A stretch of DNA of 64,000 bases from positions 930,001-994,000 of the forward strand of contig JAYWIR010000022.1 in the NCBI GenBank assembly GCA_036172245.1. Direction: 5' to 3'. Made by a program: the position numbers and the translations under genes. This stretch comes from Raillietiella orientalis (taxonomy: Eukaryota). Within the stretch, counting starts at the first letter, position 1. The number at the start of each line of letters is the position of its first letter. Positions 33,671 through 47,329 of this stretch are shown one piece after another. Below the pieces are notes generated by a model, which ran no database searches, had not been told where the DNA came from, and was given only the letters and a program-made list of their open reading frames with translations.

Positions 33671-36539
33671 CTACGATGAGCTCCCTTTCTTACTGATGAA
33701 AGTCATTGGAATCTGATAAGCAGAATCATGAAGATTCGTCCTTGTGCACTTGGAGTTTCAATAAAATAAAAGAGGTTAATCTCTTAATGCGATCGTGACA
33801 AAAGCTGTAAAAGATACTTCTGCTCTTCTCGTATTGTAAACATAGCATCTTCCAAGCGTTTAATATCATATCGAAAGAAGTTCCTAACGTCTCCCTGGAA
33901 CATGGAAAGGATAATTCTTTTTACCAAAAATTTTCAATAAATCATATTTGTTCAACTCACAGGACGAAAGCAGCCTGCTGACATTCTTGAACGAGACACT
34001 TCAGGTACTACAGCATTTTGTGTATTACGTAACACATCGATCTGCAAAGCATAACAGATGAAACCTGATGAACTTGACTTCAAGTCACTTGAAAAAAGTA
34101 AGGCAAACCACCACGCGCGCCCACGTACAAGGTTTCTGCAATAAAAGGATTACCTTCTTTTCCGTGTTTTCCCATTTTTCATGCATGCATAAAATCATCT
34201 TCTCCAGTTTAGCGATAGCCTGAAAATTCAGTCTTGACTACCACAGGTATGACAGAAAATTCAAGCGCAAGCACCGGCATTCTCGTTTCGAACAACGTGT
34301 GCTTACTGCCACGTAATTTTTTTTTTTAATTTGAAGCAGACTACGTTAACAAGAAGACAAAATTGAGTGACATGCAGAAAGTGGGCTAGCTGAGATAATC
34401 GTACTCTTTTTTGAGGTTGTGAGGTGATATCCTGAAATACCAAGTAGCACAAAAGGATGGCAGCAATAGCGATTGCTAATATCAAGATATAAATTTGATA
34501 TTCTTCGAAATGGATCTGCGGCATTGCTCCAGCACACGGTCATCTGTGGCACAAAATCATAGCGTTCTCATCTTGGAGACATCATCGCAAGACCTAGATT
34601 CATAAATCATTACCATAACAACTCTATTCAAAGCAATCGAATCTTTATTATTATGGTTCAGGTAACGAACACTGGAGCTTTGAATCTGTAGAGCGAGTAG
34701 GGTTCTTACTCTTAGTAATCGCGATGAGCATTATTTTATTGAGCATTTAAATCATTTAAACAGTGAGACATTGATCGTGTACATACTCGAAATACTATAG
34801 TTTGTTGATTTAAGGATGCATAATTTTCTACTATATTTCCTTGATCTTTAATCCTACAAGTAAGATTAAGAGAGTATCGGAACTTATTATTCTAAAATGT
34901 TAGTAGATATTTCAAGTACTATATAGTTTACTATATAGCAGTTAAATATCTACTAATACTACTCATGTATAAAGATGTGATGAAGTTTATGTGATGTGAT
35001 GAATATTCATCAAGAATGAAGTGATGCTAATTCACCAATATTCTTTAGACTTGGATGAATAGATTTGCAATGGGATTTTTGTCGAGAAATTGCCATGGTT
35101 AACGTTCCGTCGCCTAGGCAACTTTACTTTTGGTCTTCGTGTCTCTTTTGCTTCTTACCAATAGTTCTATTGACAAGGAAAATTGAGCATAATGCCTTTC
35201 AGTTTGATTATATAATTACAATTAATAGTAATAAAATCTGCCACCGTAGCTTTAATGAAATTGTGCATTGCAACGGTATGCAAACGTTTTCTAAAGCTTC
35301 TTCCAAGAAGTGTAGGAAGGATTGTGTAGGAAGTGTAGGAAGGATTTTCCAAATTTCTGCTCTGAATCAATAAGGCATGCTCCATGAATCACTGAGACTC
35401 AGTAAATGTTTCACTGGTTTGTGTGATTTTCAATAAATGTCAGCGGATTCAGTCACCTTCAATGAATGTAAAACAATTTCATTCAAAGCGTACCTATTCA
35501 GCGAATTTTCAAATTCTTGGAAACAGAGCAATAATTGCAACCAAAGTGTTGGGAGGAACGAATTCTTAGTGTGTACTCTTATGATGCTTCTTCAACGCTA
35601 AAAATTAATGCAATCCTTTGATATGCACATGTGTGCAACAACTCATCTGTGGAAGCCTTCTAGCAATTAAAGATTAAATGGCAAGGAAAAGGAACATCTA
35701 TTTTTTAATGGTTGGAGATCTTATGATTTGAAACATTGTTTTTGAGAGTGTAGATCCTCTCTAGCATTTGTGCGACGGCCTGCAATTCTGTCTTGAGGCA
35801 CAGAGTTCTCATCGGTAGGAAAATCATTATGGAAAAGTGACAGAGGTTTCAGCTGATATTCTTCAGTAAGGTAAAGAGGCAACCTGAAATTAGTTTGTAA
35901 GAAGATGATTTTTTTTAACCATAAACATCGTTTCCTTAATAACAAGGAACTGTATGATATCCAGGATGCTGACCGAAAATCCAGTCTAGAAGTCACTCTA
36001 AATACCTGTTAGTACGCCATCTCCTGTCCCTATTTCACTCTTTTCACCTTTTTTAGTTATTTGCCGTGTAAAAATGCTCATCTCACACCAACAATATATA
36101 TTATTATTTAAATAATATTTCATTAGGAATATTTAAAGACAAACAGAGTAATTATAATAGAAAATATAAAGAAAGTTATTTCAAGATTCGTCCTAGTGAT
36201 AAAAAGCAGCTAACAAGTATCGAAGAAAGAGTCCAAAATTATGGCTCCACCAGGGCCCTCCATGAAAATGTGTTACTATTTTATCCTCTTTCATTCCGCT
36301 ATTTACCTTACATTATGACATCTTATTCATTCTCATGAGGAGAATTATAATGTCATGTAATGGGTTCTTCAATTAAAAAAAAAAAAAACACATACTCCTT
36401 GCCTACAGTCTGTCTCAATGTTGGTAATCCCCGATCCCTTCTGTTTTTCACCATCAAGCCACGATCCAGTCACGATATAAAAGATGTTTCTCAAATCCTC
36501 TATTACCTTCATATCTTGCTTTCTTTCACCGTGCACAAT
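33671..36539 (-). CDS. Putative spliced orphan gene, partial; candidate exons 36396..36539, 34154..34219, 33961..34041, 33671..33712
   Basis: Each candidate has a CAG acceptor, the three internal ones have GT(A/G) donors, and all are open in phase 0. The last three join to AIAKLEKMILCMHEKWENTEKK-IDVLRNTQNAVVPEVSRSRMSAGCFRP-IPMTFISKKGSSS*. No homology recognised and the start was not found. Confidence 0.35.
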
Positions 36540-39386
36540 CTGAAATAAACAGCTATGTAGTCAATGTTACTCACAACTACCAAACGAAATCATTATGCAA
36601 ACTATAATGCACAGGTGAAATTCCCAAGAGATTTCACAAAATCTGAAGTCTGACCTGACTGAGGTTTCCTAAACTGTCTCATGTATTAAAACACAGCTCC
36701 ATAAAGAACGGCACTACTTAGCCCTTTAAACATCCTGCAGTTTTATCAGAAAGAGAATGCTCGGCATCTTTTTGTGATTGAGCTGAGCAAAGGAAATTAG
36801 ATCTTTTTTACCTTTGTTTTTATTTCCAGAATCTCAAAATCGACCTGAATTCGTTAGAGATTTTAGGACATCTGACAAAATGATGTTGTATGTATGAGTG
36901 CAAGTTTGCAAGTAAAAGTTTTCTTTTCAAGCGGGATGCATCCAGTTCATTGAATGGACTCCATCCATTCTCAATTTTAAAAAGATAAAATACGTGATCA
37001 TAAAGGTAGAAAGATACGAGCTCATTTTTGTTTGGAGTCTTCTGATGTTGTCGTCTCTGACGATCTATGATAAATATTAGTGTGAAGAATTCTGCATAAG
37101 AAAAGATTTAACCAAAAGGTTAAGGCACCAGAACCAGAAATTCAATGTTTTCTAGGTATGTGAGCAAAATCTTCATTTACAATATTCCAATGAATTCAGC
37201 AAAAATATAGATAGGAAGAGAAAAACTTTGTCATTACATTAGCAAGAGCACAACTAAACTCCACCATCATGAAGGTTCTTTTCATTACTTGTGTATAAAA
37301 TGCATCTGATTCTCTGACTTTTATAAATTTCTAAATACAGTCATGTCTATTGGCTTGATAATTGTGAAAATTTAAGCAGTCTTACGATAAAGTTATAAAG
37401 CCAATTGATTTATTCATTATGTCTCTCAAAGAAGTGATTCAATCCTCCTTCTCTTGAACGTCTTATGTATCGTTTGTGGAAAAAAACTTGGTTTTCAGTG
37501 CCTATTCTCTTTTCTGGAGTGTCCTTGCATTTTGAACACCAGTCTTTTGTTGACTCTTTGCACTGCAATTTCATATAATTTTATCGGCATTCCCCATTGA
37601 TTTGTTTATGCTATAAGATTGCAGCATTCAGTAAAACAATGCAATTGTGATAGCGGTGCTCCAGAACATGAAAATCCTTTCATTCCACTTGCTGTCCATG
37701 TGTTTAGAACTGGAGATCTATACTTCATGCATTTCAGCATTTGAAATAAGCAAGACATGCCAGTTTGCACTACGTAAGACCGTTATAAACAGTAAAGAAA
37801 AATGAAATCGGAATTGTGCTGTGAAAGAACAGAGCTTTCTTTTGAAGAAGAGGTAAGTGGAGCATCGATCACCATGTTCTCTAACATTACAAATGAATTA
37901 ACTCACACGATCCACTCCACTGCGAGGCCACTCTAAAGAGCTTTGAGAAGTTCAGTTTCTGGATTCATAGAGAATGCATACAGTTGTTATTCATGTCTTT
38001 ATAGTTCATTTGATTCTTTAAAACTTTATTGCTTAGCATCTCGATAGCATTGTATTTTGCTGACTTCTAAGATGCACAAGTCTGCGGACTTTTTTTCTGA
38101 ACAAGGCAGTATGTGTTCTCGCAGATAGAAAAACTATGGAAAACCCATAAATTTCTAAAGGTTGTATTTCCAGCCAATATAATCAAAGGGAAATGAAAAA
38201 GAAGACGTAAAGAGAAAGAGTCCCATTTTGGGAGCAGTGTCTGCTTTACTCCCATTAGCTCACTGTTTGAAAAATTCTCATCATTACTTATTTCTCTTGA
38301 ACGTAATTGATGTAGTTCCCGAGTATCAAAAGGTGAAGTGCAGTGCTAAATTGCTGAAAAACCATTGGGGAGAATGTACTCCTTAGAATTTGTTCATACA
38401 GACTGATGCACAGATTAATAGTTCTAGAATACTAAGAAGCTTTTTTTATTCATCATTAGAAGTATGTAGGAATCTCGCACCTGAAGGACGTAATAAGGTC
38501 TCTGATTCTACCTAATAATGTTCAGCGGCTTCCCCGTATGATCAGCTCTGAATACTCATTTGCGATTAAAAAGAAACTTGGGATGCAATTCTTGAGGTTC
38601 TTACCGAGAAAATTTCGATTATCTGAGATCTTGGTCTTGTATATTTATTCTAGGTATGGGTAGGAAGTGTTTAACTAAGGGTTAGGATGGGATGATTTAG
38701 TGAGGGATGAAGAAGGAAATTGCACTCAAACGCAGCCTAATGGATTAAATTTGAAGAGAAATAGGCTTCTTATTTGTTATTTAATATCAACAAATAATTT
38801 GTAACGTAAAGAAAACACATGAAAATCTTTGTTTTAAAGCGAAGAATGTTTCATCTTACCGGAGCAAAGTAAAAAGGACATGCATTTTGGGACAAGTTTT
38901 TACTAATTTACTCATTCTGGTTCGTTTTTAGCGTTTCTAGTGTGTTTTTCATACTGAATTGCAATAATGATGCCAGTTAGTAAATTAATAATTTTGTTTT
39001 GAAATTAATGAAATTCCTATAGTTATTTAAAAGTTCAATTTCACCCTATTTTAATTTATATATTGAGATTTAGTGATTTTATCTTCTTTAATCTGTAATA
39101 CAAGAACTAAACGGAATATTCTGTATTGATAGTTGATTTTTCGATGAGTTCTAATAAGTAATTCGCTTTCATATTCATTTTCTGTAAAAATTAGAAATCA
39201 GATAGTTGGTCTTGGCAACCTTTCGTAGCACATGTATCTGGTGGTCTATGTGTTGCATTGTAAGTTGGATGCTATTAGCAAAATTGGAAAGCGATGCTGT
39301 GACACGGAGACTGAATCTTTGGGATTTGTAAGTGTATGTTATTGAATGAAAACTTCTCATCCGATTGAGGCACTTTAGGAAGTTCA

Positions 39387-39638
39387 ATGAATCCTAGTAG
39401 TTTCCCAAATAAGGAGACAAGGGAACAATGTTGGACTTCACGGGATTTGTATTGGAAGTGCGTTGATGCCAATGGTGAAGATTTGAGTGCCAACACATGT
39501 TCAGAACTTAGGCAGACATATGAAAAAATGTGCTGCGCACAGTGGGTTAAGCATTTTGACAGGAAATATAAATTTTTAAAATACAAAGAACAAGTGGAAA
39601 GGGAATCCTACAAATCTGTAGAAACCAACAAACAATAG
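39387..39638 (+). CDS. COA6: Cytochrome c oxidase assembly factor 6 homolog (COX6B-like fold), 83 aa
   Basis: FPNKETREQCWTSRDLYWKC (CX9C) ... CSELRQTYEKMC (CX10C) followed by QWVKHFDRK, the typical COA6 pattern. Confidence 0.9.
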   Translation: MNPSSFPNKETREQCWTSRDLYWKCVDANGEDLSANTCSELRQTYEKMCCAQWVKHFDRKYKFLKYKEQVERESYKSVETNKQ

Positions 39639-42600
39639 GCAGCATAAATGCAAAGATTTGTGTAACAAAAGAATGATATAGTACCGTTTGATTACCTAAA
39701 ACTCTACTATTGTGAGCACCAATCATGCAAGTAAATGTTTGCAATGTATGTCATTTATTTATTAACATTTTATAATACCAGGAAGCTGGTTACACAGGAG
39801 GCTGTCAGTGATTCATAACGGATTCAAAGGATTTGAGTAGAGAGAATGAAAAAGCGTATTTTCCTGGAGCATGCTAATGTTTTCATTGAAAAATTGCCAA
39901 CAGCTTGTTTCATCGAAATTTCAAATTAGATACTTGTTAATAACAAGTACTTTGTTATACAAGGTTTTTCATCTGCATTTAAATTTAAATGCCATTTCAG
40001 TCAATTTGAATGCTATTTCAGTCAAGAGAAATAAGAGTTTCTTGTAATTGATTTCATGTTTTTCAAGATAGCTGTTTGCAATCTTATTAATTGTTTTGGT
40101 GGTGATGTGTTTAGCTGTAGAGTTGAATACTTATAAAAAAACGGTACTGACCCAGTAGAGTGAATTTTCGATGTGATGGGATAATGTAGGTTGTAATCAG
40201 TAGTCAAACTCCAGATAAAGTTCTCCATTATGTTTTGTAATTTAAATTTAAAAATTTTTGAACAATTGCATGTAGTTAGAAATGAGATAGGGGATTTCGA
40301 GAATAGGATGTGTGAAAGCTAATTTTTCAAGTCAAGAAAGACTTTTGCAAATTTGTTTGATGAATGATGTTTTATATGTATAACTTTGCTTTTGGGGTTT
40401 GTTCGAGATGAAATTGATGGAGCAGTAATTCAAAAATGAAATGTGATGGTAAAGCAAACTTTTGTTTCCAAATCACAATTGGCTAAGGTAAAAACCTTAT
40501 ATTCTGTTATTGCTTAATAGTATAGTATAGTAATTATAAATTGAGGAATTAGCAGTTCGTTTTAATTGAGGTGATAGGAAGTACTGGAATAGATATAGTT
40601 CTTTGGAATTGGTTTTTGTGTTGAAGGAATTTAAACTATGTGTTTGTTTCTTGGCAAGAGTGGCATGTGGGGCCAATTAGCAAGGCTTACAAAATCTTTC
40701 CAGAGATCTTCAGATTTAATCTTTAGATGAGATGCTAGGAGAAACTTTAAGATTGTCATCGAATCCCCAGCTCAGCTATTATGGTTTTGAGATTTCGTTA
40801 TATTTGCAGATGGTCGATGTCAGCAATGTAAAGAGTGGTACAACTGTTTAGGCCTACTGTTTCTGAGAGCAACGTATGATTTGAACTTCTCGCTGTATCA
40901 TTAAAAATAAAGAAATGATTCTTACAGGAATTAGAGGGAGTTATAAATTCATTCTTATCATTATTCGAAGTTTCTGTTTCGTTGCTTGAACGAAACTTCG
41001 AAGATGGCTCAAGAGGGACTTTTTGTTTGAAACTAAAACATCACCATTACATGTCTAGTTATTAGAATGACATAAAAGGTGCAAAAACGACGAATCCCCC
41101 CCAAAAAGAATAAGTAGGTTCTTTTGATTCTTTCAAATATGTGAAAACTGCCTAAAAAACTGGTACCTGCGAGCTGCTACTGAACCAGTCGGGTTCCTTG
41201 CATTTATGGCTGCAGTGTATTTATGAGGCATTTTACTCGCTGGGGGACTTAATTTCTTCTGTGCTGGAAAAATTACCAGGTTGATTCTGTGAAAAAGAAG
41301 TTTTTATATCACGCGAGTTTCCCTCAAGGCCCTCCATGCATTCTTTGTAGCGCATCGTCAGTGGCAAAAGAAGCATACCAACTCGAACTGGAAAAATAAA
41401 TGAAATAAATATCCGCTTTATAGGAAAGGAAAGCAGAAAGACAAAAAAGGATGACAGGATGAAAAAGCGAAGATCCTGGGGAAAAGCAGCGAGTCCCCAA
41501 GTAAAGGATCCTTCATTTGTTTAGGAATTTCGAATTTATCACGTGTTGGCAGTAGTTGTCTCTGCTGCATCCAAACAATAAAATAGACACCAGAAGGTTG
41601 TAAGAAGAGGAAGTTCTTAACAAATCGAAATTTCCTATGTAAGAAAAAAAAAATGTGGCAAAATAGTTACGGAAACATAAAGAGCAAGGAAAGGAAACAC
41701 AGAAATGAATCCCATCAAAGTGAAAAAATAAACTGAAATAATAACTTTGCGAACTGGTGGAAACAGCAGTTTTACTACTTTATGAAGTTGAAAGAGAAGC
41801 GGGAGTTTGCGAAGTCGCAAAAAGAGTGTGAAACGCTAATTTGCACCAGATAAGGGTGAGAGATGAGAGAGGAAAAGCGCATTTTATTAATAGTAAAGAA
41901 TATCCTTTGGTTACAGAGTTCAGGGCGTAGAAAGCACCTCAGTTCCTTTGACTACCGGCTGGAGACAGCATCGTCGCTAGGCCCCACGCTTGGCACCGGA
42001 AGGCTCGCTCATCTGCGGAACACAATCCTAATCTCAATTTCTATTTCCGGTTTTCAATTAAAATCGCAACATTTAATAACCACGAAATTTCCGATCACCA
42101 CATCGATAGTATCCATGTTTTTGATAAATCGAAAATTGAAATCAGCTTTTCAATTAAAGTTAAAATCAACTTTTTAAAATTGTCGTCTTTTCCCAGAATC
42201 CAAATGAAGCATGCTAGCTTCATTGGACGAATCTTATCTCAGTCATTGCAGGTCTAAGCCAGTTTTTTCAAGTTTATCTCGGAGGAGTTGTTTTTAGCAG
42301 TAGTAAAAATTACTATCATCTTTAGGATCTGCAGGATGATACCTGTGAATGACTTTGTACTATTCTCTTAATTCCTCGCCATCAGGTTTCTAAAGATCAG
42401 TCTAAGGATTGGTGGAGTACTCACTCTCAACAACATCAAATGTTTTTGCAATGCTTTGCTTTATTCGATGTCTTGCCATATGTTTTCTGGATCTGGAGTA
42501 TTTCGGAGGTGTTCCAGATGGTTCTTTGATCGAAAAGATGTGTCATCTGTTTGTCAGTATATTAATACCATTAACAGCTGGCACAGAATTTTCAGCTGGT

Positions 42601-43749
42601 GTACTGAAAATTCTGTTAGCAAAATTTGCTAGCACCGTAACGTTTCATTCTATTTTCTGTTATTCTTCTTGATAAATCACTTAGACAAAAATCCCATAAA
42701 GATCACATAGTCCAATATACATCAATATACATCGTTCTAGAACAATAGTGTCATGGTTCCTTTCCGAGCCGTTCTTGAGACTCGAACAGATTCCAAAAAA
42801 TAAATAAATAATCGAGCCAGGTCATGTTCAGCTTCAGTTTTTATGGACTGCTGCTCAATTTTCACTGAGGTTGAAAAAAAAAAAAATCATCGAGATTTTT
42901 GTGCTGCTCCGTTCAAGTTTGATTTTCAAGTAGAGGAGCGACCCCTGACGCAAATGATCTATTGGATTGGACATTCAGTCTCTCGATTTGCATTTTGTCG
43001 TGCATAATTTCAAATTTGCAACAGGAGCATGCAAACATAAAAAATGAAGAGGCATTCCAGAAATCGTGACAAATTTCAGTGCCTACTATGCGAAGAATTG
43101 AACGGGTACCACACGAAAAAATAATGAGATAGATCTCTTGTTTGATGAGGAGCGGCAGCTCTTGTTCTTCTCTCCACAATGAAATTTTCCTTTAACAAAG
43201 AATAACCCGTTCAATCCACTACGATTTGATAAGTGGATTTACATATCCTCACGCAGAGTTCAAGCAGTCTTTCTCCGACTTACCACACTTACCAAGAACA
43301 CGGAATTTTTGCTTATGGTTGTTCTAAGAATCAGCAATTAAAAATTTTTCTGCTAAAGCTCTCAATGCAAACTGGTTGGTTCCCAGATGTCTGGAAAGAG
43401 TCACGAATGTAAAGGTATGCAAGGCCAGTTATAGATAAACGTCACCATTTCCTGTTCCCAAAAGTAAGCTATAAAATTAGCATGCTTTACTATGTACCTC
43501 TTCATTTCAAAATTGAACTTAACATACGGAGAAAGAAGACTCAGATTCGTCTTCATTATGATGCGCGTGTTTAAGGTTTTCAGCATAGCATGGATGGGAT
43601 AACTAGGGAAGAATATGATACAAACGCAAAACGTCGCTGGTTAGCCTGTGACCAGATCTCAAGTTCCATGGCAGCGACATAGCACTTCTGTAAGCTTCTT
43701 CATTCTGCTGATGGCCTCTAATGAACCCATTCCTAAAGTGGATTCCAAA

Positions 43750-45400
43750 CCAGGCCCGATTTGGTGTCTCAGAGTGATGGGAAAGCGATCACAGTGGACG
43801 TCTCCCTACGATCCTCTGCCGGTGCTAGGGAAGGTAATAAGAAGAAGGAAAATACAGAGGAATGGCCCTACACTTCGCAGATAAAGGAGTGCCAGCATCC
43901 TTCAGGGTCGTTATCCTATCTATACTCAGGGTCAAGAGACCCGGCAAACACCAAAGTACTAAGAGAACCGAAGATCCCAATTTAACAATGTGAGGGCATT
44001 ACGAAGAAAATGGCGTGGTCCAGCGTGGCTACCTGCGGAGCTGAAGAGACCATCGTGGGACCACAACCTGGAGTGGAGGATGAAATGAGAGCAGGCCGAG
44101 AGTGAAGAGGTGCAGAATGCTCCAGTCGTTGGTATGCACCAGACACATCATGAATTTCATGTTTTTAAAGACAGACATGAATCAAATGCATCAGATGGCT
44201 AAAGAATATAAATAAGTTTGATTAGATACGCTGGTCCAGATTGGAATCCACGATGTCCCTTCTTTTCTGGACAAGAGTTTATCTGCGGTGGAGATCCACT
44301 TTTCCAGCTCTTTGCGCTTCCACACAATAAAACATTAGGCTTATATGATATTCATAATACTTTAAGACAATACTCTCCTGGCTTGATGACGAAGACGATT
44401 CTGCAATTCTGGTATGATGCCTAGATTCTACAATCCATGCGTCATACCAGAGTGGAATTCATTCTCGCATATTCAAGGATCGTTGGGAACATAGTTTCTG
44501 TCTTGTGTTTCGAGAAAGCTAAAATCGTGACCTTGAATGACTCTTTAATTCCATCCAGCACCGTTTGGGCACCTACAACCGATATCTTTTTCATAAGCGC
44601 TGTCAGTAAACGGGAAATAGAATAAACTACCTGTAGCATTCCATCATGCCGGTTTGGAGATTACCATGGTAATATGTACCACAACCCTTGAGGAAACAAT
44701 GTGATTGCATTTTTCCTCTGCTTTCCAACCAGCCCGCTTTCTTGTCCATCGAATTCGTTTCTACTTTTATTGCAAGGTATCCTTACACAAGTGAATTTAT
44801 CCCCGGTCGCCCTTTCACAAAGCAGTCAGCTTCTTAGAAAATATTGTGGACGTCAAAATAATCTTAGAGAGTTCTTATAGCTTGCAAACGGTTGGTGCTT
44901 GCTTAGGGTCAACAGGAGGATCTGAAGACCACCAGAGTTCCGCACTCGCCGTTTTCTAATCTGGGAATGAGTTGGAAGCATTTCTCGAAACACGAGAAGT
45001 CTAAAGATGATGGATGCCAATCCTCTTCTCACTCAACTCTACAGCCAAGACGAATTTATCAGTGGAAAATTTAGAAATCGAGGTGCTGCAGCATCGAGGA
45101 AGTGTTTTTCGTTGCCAGAGAAGTTGCGAGATCGAAGAATGGATATTCGGAGGATTATGAACCAGATGATATCTGGGACGAACCAAATTCTCGAGACTCA
45201 GCATAACAACTGGTTACACTCTCGATCTAGTCTGTTCGTTTTCACCTAGCCGATGTAAGAAAAAGACTTACATCTTAGTTTTGTTTCCCTTTAGTTTCTG
45301 GTTTTCTATTCTTCTATAAGTGTGCATATATTTCAATTAAGAAAAATACGTGTAAAAGTTTGAACAACAGTGTAGCAAGTACAAAGTCGTGTTGGTTCAT
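43750..45400 (-). pseudogene. Decayed, roughly full-length (~550 codon) type-I membrane glycoprotein-like ORF, candidate endogenous viral element
   Basis: Signal-peptide-like MNQHDFVLATLLFKLLHVFFLIEIYA from ATG 45400. Ectodomain segments WWSSDPPVDPKQAPTVC, WNATGS (N-glycosylation sequon), ELQNRLRHQARRVLS*SIMNII*A*CFIVWKRKELEKWI and WCIPTTGAFCTSSLSACS. TM-like MLALLYLRSVGPFLCIFLLLITF at ~43880-43810. Many stops and frameshifts. Confidence 0.4.
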
Positions 45401-46700
45401 GGCATCACTTTCAAAATAACTTTCTATCTGTGTTTCCTCTCAATAAAAGTATCAGGTGTAATATTCTTTTCTGGTCCATGATCTTTGGGAGAATGCTGGA
45501 GTTTCTTTACATATCAGCTAAACAAGTCCATCGTGGTTATGAAAAATGTATATGATGCAATGACCAACCTTGGAGGTAGTTGGTTAGAGGTTAATCGGTG
45601 TGGACAAACGTTGATTTTCACATCGCTGGGGCTTCTTCCTCGCATATTTTTAAAGAGATCATCTGTCATTTGCAAGAAAACTCACTTTGTTTTTTCGAAA
45701 AACGCTGACTTGCAGGTCGTACACTTTAACTCGCTGCGGTCCTGCATGTTGGTTAGCTTCATGCTTTCTTGCTTGTGAAACTGGCGCGCGGTCTGCCACT
45801 CAGAGTATCTTTGCGAGAGTCCTTCATCAGATGAAGAACCAGTGATTCACTTGGATAGAGTCTTTGGATGGTCTACATCCAAAGACTCTATCAGATATTC
45901 TGGTCTATCCATTTGCTTCTGAGGCTTTCAACCTCCATGCACGCAATGGTATGGTGGGAATTTCCGTATTTGCATAGTAAGAATGGGAGTCCTTGGACTC
46001 GTACCGTGAAACATACTTCACCAAACATCTCTTAAGTAAAAAAACAAAACAAAACGAAATGAAACTCCTCATTTTCCTGAAATTATTCTAGAAAAGCTAC
46101 AAATGGGATTATTTCCATCCTCCTTACTCTGACGCGTTGGGCTCTTGAGTTCACTGGGATAGCGTAACCTTCTTCATTCAAACCGTATGCATTTGATTGC
46201 AGGGGCTTGCAAAGAAAAGGAAAAATCCTCAGTGTTTCCCCATGTGGTTCGGTGTAAAAAAATGTGCTCATGTGGACATTCGGAATCAAAAGTGATTTCA
46301 TTGGCACCACTTTGATGTCCACATTTTTTGGCATCCGTTTTTCTTTTTTCCATGCTTTGACGAGTTGCAAGCGCTGATGGCAAGTTGATCACCAACGTGG
46401 ATTCGTCTGATGGACAGTTTAGAGCATCGAGGTTTTGAATTCCAAATATTTTTGTTAAAATTGGAACATGAAGAAGGAAGCAAACAATTTGTTCTTCAGC
46501 TGCAGCATGAACTGTGTTCTGGTAGCCTCGATGGATACCCATGATGTGACTGAGTGTGCTAGGAGGATAGCCCGACGAATGGAGGCTTCCTCGACAAGTT
46601 CGAGGAATTAGCTCTTGGAAGTGGCTGGTGACCAGTGATGCAAAGCCCAATCATTGTCACATTTTCTATTTTGTTCGCAATGGTATTCTCATCAGCTCTT
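45401..46700 (-). pseudogene. Unassigned decayed coding tract directly upstream of the glycoprotein-like relic
   Basis: Long protein-like minus frames (ORFs 46174-46650, 46083-46370, and ILTMQIRKFPPYHCVHGG...LKCTTCKSAFFEK...ESYFESDA) with occasional stops. Confidence 0.3.
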
Positions 46701-47329
46701 TCGTTCAGTGCCCCTAGTTTTACACTCTGGAATCTGAATCTCGAGTAGAACCGTTGCCATCATAGGGCTCCTGAACGAGAACCGAGTATCTCGGAGTGTG
46801 CAGCCGTCTTTCTTGGAATATTCCAAAACAAGAATCCAAGGCACCATCAAGAAGGTCGTTTATTACCCGGTTACGTCGGAGAATTTGTTCACAAAAGAAA
46901 TGTCAACAAACTATCTGGGAACTCGGTTCCCAGAGAAAGACAAAAGAAGTTCAAGGAAAGGGCTCCTCGACTTGTTGGTCGGGCACTCTAAAAGTCAGGG
47001 AAACGGGAGGAAGGGTTTCATATATTTATGGTCATAAATATATGAAAACATACAAAAAAAGGTGGGGTGCGGGATGGGGATAGGACTCTTTGGTTTTAGT
47101 CGTTCCATCGTTTCAGAACCGGCGTTGAATGCCTGCGATCTCCTTCCTGACTTCGCTGAGTTGAGGCCACCTAGCAGACGTTCTCATGTTGATGGCTGCA
47201 ATCCAGGTGACCTCTCTTCGTGCTGAGTGCGACTCCAGCACGTGGTGGACCATGTCGATGGCGCGGATCAACTTATGGTTGCGATCACCACGCCGCGTCG
47301 GTCGAACGTGCATCGGCGCGCTCCGCGTG

